Origin: the human T2T-CHM13v2.0 reference genome, Homo sapiens
Reading direction: 5' to 3' (one strand)
Assembly: GCF_009914755.1 (NCBI RefSeq)
Contig: NC_060926.1
Length of the DNA: 64,000 nt
A model generated the notes under the pieces. It did no database searches and was not told where the DNA came from. It saw only the letters and a list, made by a program, of their open reading frames with translations. Made by a program: the position numbers and the translations under genes. Positions within the stretch are counted from its first letter, which is position 1, and every line of letters begins with the position of its first letter. Positions 13,625-23,689 of this stretch are shown in pieces.

Positions 13625-13974
13625 TGTCAGGCCTCTGAGCCTAAGCTAAGCCATCATATCCCCTGTGACCTGCACGTACACATCCAGATGGCCGGTTCCT
13701 GCCTTAACTGATGACATTATCTTGTGAAATTCCTTCTCCTGGCTCATCCTGGCTCAAAAGCTCCCCTACTGAGCACCTTGTGACCCCCACTCCTGCCTGC
13801 CAGAGAACCCCCCTTTTTCCTTTACCTACCCAAATCCTATAAAACGGCCCCACCCCTATCTCCCTTCGCTGACTCTCTTTTCAGACTCAGCCCGCCTGCA
13901 CCCAGGTGAAATAAACAGCTTTATTGCTCACACAAAGCCTGTTTGGTGGTCTCTTTACACAGATGCGCATGAAA
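13625..13974 (+). promoter_or_regulatory. HERV-H 5' LTR (LTR7), 350 bp
   Basis: TATAAAA 13838-13844, GC/GT box GGCCCCACCCC, AATAAA 13910-13915. Confidence 0.95.
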
Positions 13975-13976
13975 TT

Positions 13977-13994
13977 TGGTGCCGTGACTTGGAT
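13977..13994 (+). other. Primer binding site, tRNA-His
   Basis: TGGTGCCGTGACTTGGAT just 3' of the LTR; one mismatch to the His PBS TGGTGCCGTGACTCGGAT. Confidence 0.93.
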
Positions 13995-14117
13995 CGGGGG
14001 ACCTCCCTTGGAAGATCAATCCTCTGTCCTCCTGTTCTTTGTTCCATGAGAAAGATCCCCCTACAACCTCAGGTCCTCAGACCGACCAGCCCAAGAAACA
14101 TCTCACCAATTTTAAAT

Positions 14118-14126
14118 CTGGTAAGT
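14118..14126 (+). other. HERV-H major splice donor CTG|GTAAGT
   Basis: Near-consensus 5' splice site ~150 nt into the leader, where the HERV-H donor normally lies. Confidence 0.75.
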
Positions 14127-14414
14127 GGCCTCTTTTTACTCTCTTCTCCAACCTCCCTCGCTATCCCTCAACCTCTTTCCCCTTTCAATCTTGGCACCAC
14201 ACTTCAATCTCCCCCTTCTCTTAATTTCAATTCCTTTCATTTTCTGGTAGAGACAAAGGAGACACGTTTTATCCGTGGACCCAAAACTCCAGCACCAGTC
14301 ACGGACTGGGAAGGCAGCCTTCCCTTGGTGTTTAATCATTACAGGGATGCCTCTCTGACTATTCACCCATGTTTCAGAGGTGTCAGACCATGCAGGGACG
14401 CCTGCCTTCGTCCT

Positions 14415-14880
14415 TCACCCTTAGCGGCAAGTCCTGCTTTTCTGGGGGAGGGGCAAGTACCCCAATCCCTTCTCTCCATGTCTCTACCCCTTCTCTGCCT
14501 TTCTGAGGGGCAAGAAACCCCCAACCCCTTCTCCTTCACTCTTAGTGGCAAGTCCCGCTTTTCTAGGGGAGGGCCAAGTACCCCAACCTCTTCCTCTCCA
14601 TGTCTCTACCCCTTCTCTGCCTTTCTGGGGGGCAAGAAACCCCCAACCCCTTCTCCTTCACTCTTAGCAGCAAGTCCTGCTTTTCTAGGGGAGGGCCAAG
14701 TACCCCAACCTATCTCTGCACCCCGATCCCTTATTTCCATACCCCAACCTCATATCTCTGTGCCCCGAGCCCTTATTTCCACACCCCGACCTCTTATCTC
14801 TGTGCCCCAATCCCTTATTTCTGCACTCCGACCTCTTATCTCTGTGCCCCAACCCCTTATTTCCATGCCCCGATCCCTTC
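14415..14880 (+). repeat. HERV-H leader tandem repeats (three ~120-bp units, then alternating 16/17-bp CTTATCTCTGTGCCCC units)
   Basis: CTTAG(C/T)(G/A)GCAAGTCC recurs near 14420, 14541 and 14663; short CTTAT(C/T)TC repeats 14710-14880. Confidence 0.85.
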
Positions 14881-15089
14881 TCTGCTTTTCTGGAGGGCAA
14901 GAACCCCCCACCCCTTCTCCGTGTCTCTACTCTCTTTTCTCTAGGCTTGCCTCCTTCACTATAGGCACTCTTCCACCTTCCATTCCTCCTTCTTCTCCCT
15001 TAGCCTGTATTCTTAAGAACTTAAAACCTCTTCAACTCTCACCTGACCTAAAATCTAAGCATCTTATTTTCTCCTGCAATGCCGCTTGA

Positions 15090-16180
15090 CCCCAGTACAA
15101 ACTCGACAGTAGTTCCAAATAGCCGGAAAATGGCACTTTCAATTTTTCCATCCTACAAGATCTAAATAATTCTTGTCGTAAAATAGGCAAATGGTCTGAG
15201 GTGCCTGACGTCCAGGCATTCTTTTACACATCAGTCCCTCTCTAGTCTCTGTTCCCAATGCAAGTTATCCCAAATCTTCCTTTTTTCCCTCCCGCCTGTC
15301 CCCTCAGTCCCAACCCCAAGCGTCGCTGAGTCTTTCTAATCTTCCTTTTCTACAGACCCATCTGACCTCTCCCCTCCTCGCCAGGCCGAGCTAGGTCCCA
15401 ATTCTTCCTCAGCCTCTGCTCCTCCACCCTATAATCTTTTTATTGCCACCCCTCCTCACACCTGGTCGGGCTTACAGTTTCATTTCGTGACTAGCCCTCC
15501 GCCACCTGCCCAGCAATTTACTCTTAAAAAGGTGGCTGGAGCTAAAGGCATAATCAAGGTTAATGCTCCTTTTTCTTTATCAGACCTCTCCCAAATCAGT
15601 GAGCATTTAGGCTCTTTCATCAAACATTAAAAACCCAGCCCAGTTCATGGCTTGTTCAGCAGCAACCCTGAGACGCTTTACAGCCCTAGACCCTAAAAGG
15701 TCAAAAGGCCGTCTTATTCTCAATATACATTTTATTACCCAATCTGCTCCCGACATTAAATAAAACTCCAAAAATTAAATTCTGGCCCTCAAACCCCACA
15801 ACAGGATTTAATTAACCTCGCCTTCAAGGTGTACAATAATAGAAAAAAGTTGCAATTCCTTGCCTCCACTGTGAGACAAACCCCAGCCACATCTCCAGCA
15901 CACAAGAACTTCCAAACGCCTGAACCGCAGTGGCCAGTTGTTCCTCCAGAACCTCCTCCCCCAGGAGCTTGCTACAAGTGCTGGAAATCTGGCCACCTGG
16001 CCAAGGAATGCCCGCAGCCTGGGATTCCTCCTAAGCCACGTCCCATCTGTGTAGGACCCCACTGAAAATCGGACTGTTCAACTCACCTGGCAGCCACTTC
16101 CAGAGCCCCTGGAACTCTGGCCCAAGGCTCTCTGACTGACTCCTTCCCAGATCTTCTCGGCTTAGCAGCTGAAGACTGAC
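15090..16180 (+). pseudogene. gag: HERV-H gag remnant
   Basis: ORF 15829-16065 has the CCHC knuckle CYKCWKSGHLAKEC; upstream part broken by stops. Confidence 0.85.
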
Positions 16181-16189
16181 ACTGCCCGA

Positions 16190-16600
16190 TCGCCTCGGAA
16201 GCCCTTTAAACCAGCACGGACACCGAGCTTCAGGTAACTCTCACAGTAGAAAGTAAGTCCGTCCCATTCTTAATCAATATGGAAGCTACCCACTCCACAT
16301 TACCTTCTTTTCAAGGGCCTGTTTCCCTTGCTTCCATAACTGTTGTGGGTATTGACGGCCAGGCTTCTAAACCTCTTAAAACTCCCCAACTCTGGTGCCA
16401 ACTTAGACAAACTCTTATAAGCACTCCTTTTAGTTATCCCCACCTGCCCAGTTCCCTTATTAGGCCGAGACACTTTAACTAAATTATCTGCTTCCCTGAC
16501 TATTCCTAGGCTATAGCCACACCTAATTGCCACCTTTTCCCCCAGTTCAATGTCTCCTTCACATCCTCCCCTTGTATCTCCCCACCTTAAACCACAAGTA
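16190..16600 (+). pseudogene. pro: HERV-H protease remnant
   Basis: FLINMEATHSTLPSF...VVGIDGQ resembles a retropepsin with the catalytic DTG lost; frameshifted. Confidence 0.75.
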
Positions 16601-18500
16601 TAAGACACGTCTACTCCCTCCTTAGTGACTGATCATGCACCCCTTACCATCCCATTAAAACCTAATCACACTTACCCCACTCAATGCCAATATCCCATCC
16701 CGCAGCACGCTTTAAAAAGATTAAAGCCTGTTATCACTCACCTGCTACAGCATGGCCTTTTAAAGCCTATAAACTCTCCTTACCATTCCCCCATTTTACC
16801 TGTCCTAAAACCAGACAAGTCTTACAGGTTAGTTCAGAATCTGCGCCTTATCAACCAAATTGTTTTGCCTATCCACCCCGTAGTGCCAAACCCATATACT
16901 CTCCTATCCTCAGTACCTCCCTCTACAACCCATTATTCTGTTCTAGATCTCAAACATGCTTTCTTTACTATTCCTTTGCACCCTTCATCCCAGCCTCTCT
17001 TTGCTTTCATTTAGACTGGCCCTGACACCCATTAGGCTCAGCAAATTACCTGGGCTGTACTGCCACAAGGCTTCACAGACATCCCCCATTACTTCAGTCA
17101 AGCCCAAATTTCTTCCTCATCTGTTACCTATCTCGGCGTAATTCTTATAAAAACACACGTGCTCTCCCTGCCAATTGTGTCTGACTGATCTCTCAAACCC
17201 CAACACCTTCTACATCCTAGGCATGGTAAGATACTTTCTACTTTAGATACCTGGTTTTGCCATCCTAACAAAACCATTATATAAATTCACAAAAAGAAAC
17301 CTAGCTGACCCCATAGATCCTAAATCCTTTCCCCACTCCTTTTTCCATTCCTTGAAGACAGCTTTAGAGACTGCCCCCATCCGAGCTCTCCCTGACTCAT
17401 CCCAACCCTTTTCATTACACACAGCCGAAGTGCAGGGCTGTGCAGTCGGAATTCTTACACAAGGACTGGGATCGCGTTCTGTAGCCTTTTTGTCCAAACA
17501 ACTTGACCTTACTGTTTTAGGTTGGCCATAATGTCTCCGTGCAGTGGCTGCTGCCACCCTAATACTTTCAGAGGCCCTTAAAATCACAAACTATGCTCAA
17601 CTCACTCTATACAGCTCTCATAATTTCCAAAATCTATTTTCTTCCTCACACCTGACACATATACTTTCTGCTCCCCGGCTCCTTCATCTCTCTGATCCAC
17701 CTGACATTCACCCCATTTCCCCACATTTCCTTCTTCCCTGTTTCTCACCCTGATCACACTTAGTTTATTGGTGGCAGTTCTACCAGGCCTAATTGCCACA
17801 CACCAGCAAAGGCAGGCTATGCTATAGTACAAGCCACTAGCCCGCCTCTTAGAACCTCTCATTTCCTTTCCATCGTAGAAATCTATCCTCAAGGAAATAA
17901 CTTCTCAATGTTCCATCTGCTATTTTACTACTCCTCAGGGATTATTCAGGCCCCCTCCCTTCCCTGCACATCAAGCTCAGGGATTTGCCCCCGCCCAGGA
18001 CTGGCAAATTAGCTTTACTCAACATGCCCCGAGTCAGGAAACTAAATTACCTCTTAGTCTAAGTAGACACTTTCACTGAATAAGTAAAGACCTTTCCTAC
18101 AGGGTCTGAGAAGGCCACCGCAGTCATTTCTTCCCTTCTGTCAGACATAATTCCTCAGTTTGGCCTTCCCACCTCTATACCGTCCGATAACAGACCGGCC
18201 TTTATTAGTCAAATGAGCCAAGCATTTTTTCAGGCTGTTAGTATTCAGTGAAACCTTTATATCCCTTACAGTCCTCAGTCTTCAGGAAAAGTAGAAAAGA
18301 CTAATGGTCTTTTAAAAACACACCTCACCAAGCTCAGCCACCAACTTAAAAAGGACTGGACAATACTTTTACCACTTTCCCTTCTCAGATGTCAGACCTG
18401 TCCTCAGAATGCTACAAAATACAGCCCATTTGAGCTCCTGTATAGACGCTCCTTTTTATTAGGCCCCAGTCTCATTCCAGACACCAGACCAACTTAGACT
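16600..18500 (+). pseudogene. pol: HERV-H pol remnant (RT N-terminus, RNase H and integrase fragments)
   Basis: YRLVQNLRLINQIV...YSVLDLKHAFFTIPL RT motifs; YxDD region absent; integrase-like PYSPQSSGKVEKTNGLLK near 18260-18320; many stops. Confidence 0.9.
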
Positions 18501-19068
18501 GTGCCCCAAAAAACTTGTCATCCCTACTGTCTTCTGTCTAGTCTTACTCCTATTCACCGTTCTCAACTATTCATACTTGCCCTGCTCTTGTTTACACTGC
18601 CGGTTTACACTGTTTCTCCAAGCCATCACAGCTGATATCTCCTGGTGCTATCCCCAAACCGCCACTCTTAACTCTTGAAGTAAATAAATAATCTTTGCTG
18701 GCAGGACTATGCTGAATCTCCTTAGGCATTCTCTAATCAGATGTCCTAGGTCCTCCCAATTCTTAGACCTTTTATACCTGTTTTTCTCCTCTTATTCCAT
18801 TTAGTTTTTCAATTCATACAAAACTGTATCCAGGCCATCACCAATAATTCTAAATGACAAACGTTTCTTCTAACAGTCCCACAATATCACCCCTTACCAT
18901 AAAATCTTCCTTCAGCTTAATCTCTCCCACTCTAGGTTCCCACGCCGCCCCTAATTCTGCTCGAAGCAGCCCTGAGAAACATCGCCCATTATCTCTCCAT
19001 ACCATCCCCCAAAATTTTCGCCGTCCCAACACTTTACCACTATTTCATTTTATTTTTCTTATTAATAT

Positions 19069-19081
19069 AAGAAGACAGGAA
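19069..19081 (+). other. Polypurine tract
   Basis: AAGAAGACAGGAA abutting the 3' LTR. Confidence 0.8.
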
Positions 19082-19484
19082 TGTCAGGCCTCTGAGCCCA
19101 AGCTAAGCCTTCATATCCCCTGTGACCTGCATGTACACATCCAGATGGCCGGTTCCTGCCTTAACTGATGACATTCCACCACAAAAGAAATGAAAATGGC
19201 CTGTTCCTGCCTTAACTGGTGACATTATCTTGTGAAATTCCTTCTCCTGGCTCATCCTGGCTCAAAAGCTCCCCTACTGAGCACCTTGTGACCCCCACTC
19301 CTGCCTGCCAGAGAACAACCCCTGCTTTTTCCTTTATCTACCCAAATCCTATAAAACGACCCCACCCCTATCTCCCTTCGCTGACTCTCTTTTCGGACTC
19401 AGCCCGCCTGCACCCAGGTGATTAAAAGCTTTATTGCTCACACAAAGCCTGTTTGGTGGTCTCTTCACACTGACGCGCATGAAA
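19082..19484 (+). promoter_or_regulatory. HERV-H 3' LTR (LTR7), 403 bp
   Basis: TATAAAA 19350-19356, ATTAAA 19421-19426, duplicated U3 repeat enclosing ACAAAAGA (19181-19188). Confidence 0.95.
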
Positions 19485-20619
19485 GACACAGTAAGATTGC
19501 CCACCAGCAGTAAAGGGCATGCGGTCAGGAATCGAAAGTGCAATCAGCGGAGGCGACTCCGTTTCTGCTTAAGATGTAGAAAACTGCAAAAGAAAATATG
19601 CTACCCCATTCTAAGCTGCTACACAATCACAATTTCTCTGGAAACCGTCAGAGAGCTGAGGTTACACAGCAACAAACTACTTGAATTTCAAAGAGAGGTA
19701 AGGTTTCCTGAGGAGAGATGGAACTCACTAACTGTAACACTTGTGGCAAAGCTGGGGAGGAAGGAGCTCCAGGAGGGACAAGTGGGTAAGAAGAAATAAG
19801 CTAAAGCACTGGCCAGCCACCAAAGGCCAAGTGTGAGCTAGTGTGTCCGTCCAGACTCCCTGGGAGCTGTGACCCAGGGGCCTTTGGGCTCACTCACAAG
19901 CTCCTCCCCACCAGTTTCCATGGGCAGGGCGGGAGATCCGAAAGCCCTTCCCTCAGAGGCACAGGCAGGTTAAACAGTTCCCCAGGCCCTGCTCTTGGAC
20001 AAGAGAAGAAGAAGAGTGACAGGACAGGGCAAAAACATATTTTAAGAGATAGTAGTCAGTAATTTTATAACGATAATGAAATACATCCAATGACAGATCC
20101 AAAAAACTTGGAGAACCAAGAAGGATAAACACCAAAAGATACAGATAAAACAAACCAAAACAGAAAAACACCTGGACACAGCACAGTGTCCCCGGAAAAC
20201 CACTGTTAAAGAGAGAATCCTGAAGGCAGCCAGTGGGGAGGAAGGGAGGAAAGGGCACATGACATATAAAGGAAAAAAGAATCGCAGTAGAATCTCCTTA
20301 GAAACCACACAAGCAGAAGATAGTGGGGCAACACCATTCAAATACAAAGAGCAAAAAAGTTCTCCATCCAGAACTCTCCTTCCAGTGAAAATAGCTTTCA
20401 AAAATGAAGGCAAAATAACAACTTTTTCAGAAAAACAACCAAGAGAATTCGTTGCCAATAGACTTATGCTACAAGAAATGTTAGAGGAAATTCTCCAGGC
20501 AGGGGGAATATGGCACCAGACAGAAACTTGGAACTGTAAAAAGAAATCAAGAGCGCTAGAAATGCTGAAAATGAAGGTAAATTAATTCTTTTTAATTGCA
20601 CTGAAAGATAATTTTCTAA

Positions 20620-20840
20620 AGTGAAGTCATCAAACATTTTGTGAAAGGGCCAGATATTAATAATAAATATTTTAGGCTTGCAGGACATACAGTCTCAGTT
20701 GCAGCTACTCAGATCTGCTGCTGTAGTTGGAAAGCAGCCAGGACATGTGTAAACAAATGGGTGTGGCTGTGTGCCAGTAAACTTTATTTATAAAAATGTT
20801 TGGCTGACCTGATGGTCATGGTTTGCTGGCCTCTGGCCTA
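20620..20840. mobile_element. MER58A-like hAT DNA transposon
   Basis: AAAGGGCCAGATA...AATATTTTAGGCTTGCAGG...GGGTGTGGCTGTGTGCCAGTAAACTTTATTTATAAAAA. Confidence 0.8.
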
Positions 20841-21317
20841 AAGCAAAAACTATACAAATGCATTGTGGGGTTTAAAAACATTTAAAAGTAAAATGTAAGA
20901 CAAAAATAGCACCAAGGATCAGAGGAACAAATTGGAAGTATACTGTTGTAAGGTTTCTACACCACTGTGAGTGGTATAATATTATTTAGAGGTATACTGT
21001 AATAAGTTAAAAATGTACATTGTAAACTCTAGGGCAGCTATTAAATATTTTTTTAAAAGAGGCAAAAGAATAAGCCAGTAGTAGAGACACAATTATATCA
21101 TAAAAAGTACTCAATCCTGAAGCAGACAGAAAAAGAGGGAAAAGAAGGAATGAAGAACAGATGGGACAAATTGAAAACAACTAGCAAGATGGTAGAGTTA
21201 AACCCTACTATGCCACTAATTAGATGTAAATAGTCTAAATACTCCTATTAAAAGACAGAAATTGTCAAAATTGTATTTTAAAAGGCTCAACCATATGCTG
21301 TCTAGAAGAAACTCGCT

Positions 21318-21953
21318 TTTTTAAAACTTATTTTAGGTTCAGGGGCACATGTGCAGGTTCGTTATATAGATACACTTGTGTCATGGGGATTTGTTGTACA
21401 GATAATAGTTCATCACTCAGGTACTAAGCCTAGTACCCAATACTTATTTTCTCTGATCCTGTCACTCTTCCTACCCTCCACCCTCAAGGAGGCCACAGTG
21501 TCTGTTGTTCCCTTTTTTGTGTCCATGTGTTCTCATTATTTAGCTCCCACTTACAAGTGAGAACATGTGGTATTTGGTTTTCTGTTGCTGCGTTAGCTTG
21601 CTAAGGATAATGGCTTCCAGCTCCATCCACGTCCCTGCAAAGGACATGATCTGGTTCCTTTTTATGGCTGCGTAGTATTCCATGGTGTATATGTATGTAC
21701 CACATTTTCTTTATACGGTCTGTCACTGATGGACATTTAGGATGATTCTGTGTCTTTGCTATTGTGAATAGTGCTGCAATGAACAGTTGTGTGTACATCT
21801 TCATGGGAGCACGATTTATATTCCTTTGGGTATATACCCAGTAATAGGATTGTTGGGTCAAATGGTAGTTCTGTTTTTAGCCCTTTGAGGAATCACCACA
21901 CAGCTTTCCACAATGGTTGAACTCATTTACACTCCTACCAACAGTGTGTAAGC
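21318..21953 (-). mobile_element. L1PA/PB 3' end, 5'-truncated
   Basis: Antisense L1 3'UTR (TTAGCTCCCACTTACAAGTGAGAACATGTGG) and ORF2 C-terminus (FIAALFTIAK...MWYIH). Confidence 0.9.
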
Positions 21954-22199
21954 GAGAAATCCTTAATATGTTTTAATATGAACATACAGATGGGATAAAA
22001 GGATAGAAAAAGTTATACGATGCAAATGCTAATCAAAAGAAAGCTGAAGTGGCTATATTCATATCAAAGATTTCAAAGGAAAGAATATTACTAGGGATAA
22101 TAAAGAGCAACATTACATAATGATCATTTCACAACAAAGCCTTAACAATCCTAAATGTGTATGTGTCTAAGAACAGAATTTTAAAGTAAATGAAATGAA

Positions 22200-22511
<312 letters not shown>

Positions 22512-23689
22512 TTAAAGTAAATGAAATGAAAACTGAAGTACTGAAAGGAGAAAGACAAAGCCATAATTATAGTTGAAGACTTCAAAACTCTGTTCTCATT
22601 AATTGATAGAAAAAGTAAATAGAAAATCAATGGCAGTATAGAAGACCTGAAGAACATGAACAACCAACTTGACCTAATTGACGTTGCTAGAACAGTTCAC
22701 CTGGCAACAGCAGAATACACATTCATTTTGAGTGCACAGGGAATGTTCATCAAAATAGGTCCATCATGTTTTGAACCACAGAACAAACTGCAACAAATGT
22801 AAGAGAATTAAAATTATAAGGTACAAACGGTCAGAATGTTTTTATGCTCATATCCCCCCTGAATCATTTGTGCAGGTTTAGGTACAAGGTAAGCAAGAGT
22901 CGGATTTAACTAGGTTCGGGATTTTTCCATGTGAGCTTGTGTAAAGAGGGAGCAGGTAAAGGAGTTTTAAGGAAGTGATTATAGGATTGGACAATGGAAG
23001 TTAAGCTAGGTAAGACATAAAATAAGAATATGAGGAGCATTGAAAAATATACTAGGATCAAAGGGCTGGAAGATCTGATAGTAATTATTGATGTTTGAGT
23101 ATCAGAAAAAGCAAGCTGGCTATTTACATGATGATTGTCAGAGTGGATGCTTGAAGTAGATATTATTGGTAAAGCCAAGGTCAGAGGTATAACCACAGGA
23201 ATGAGTAACTGAGGTACAATGGAGAACATGCTCACTGAAAGAGACAGGGTCGAGGAACTGAGATGCTGGGTACTGGAAACGTCATCCGTGTCACTAATAA
23301 AACATCATCAGTTGTGAAAGTAGCAGTGTTGAAGAGCATGATTGTGAACTAAGAGCTAAAATCTTTGAGGAATAAAGGGAAATGACTGGGTGGTGTAGGT
23401 GACTGCCACAAGATGCGTGGGTAGTATGTAGTCTGATGACATGAGATGTTATTAGTAGGAAAAGAAGACCTGTCTAATACCAGCAATGAGCATCAAGCAT
23501 AATGCCCTGCCAGACTCAATGGTGCTAGGAAGCAAGAGAAAAACACCTCCCAGAGGAAGGCTACAGAAGAAGCAATGTCCTTAAAAGAATATGAGCTTCT
23601 CAAAGAGAATCAGGCAGCATTCTAATTATTTCCTTACTGTGAAACAGGTAAAGTAGCATGAGGATTTTAATGTATAAATTGGAAGGCTA

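Larger units (their letters stand above)
13625..19484 (+). mobile_element. HERV-H provirus, two LTR7, internally deleted ~5.9 kb type
   Basis: Both LTRs start TGTCAGGCCTCTGAGCC and end GCGCATGAAA; 5-bp TSD GACAC (13620-13624 / 19485-19489); tRNA-His PBS; gag zinc knuckle, RT and IN remnants; PPT. Confidence 0.98.

Noticed and set aside
15090-19060. Functional HERV-H gag/pro/pol/env
   Set aside because: Multiple stops and frameshifts, protease DTG lost, RT YxDD region missing, env reduced to a short remnant
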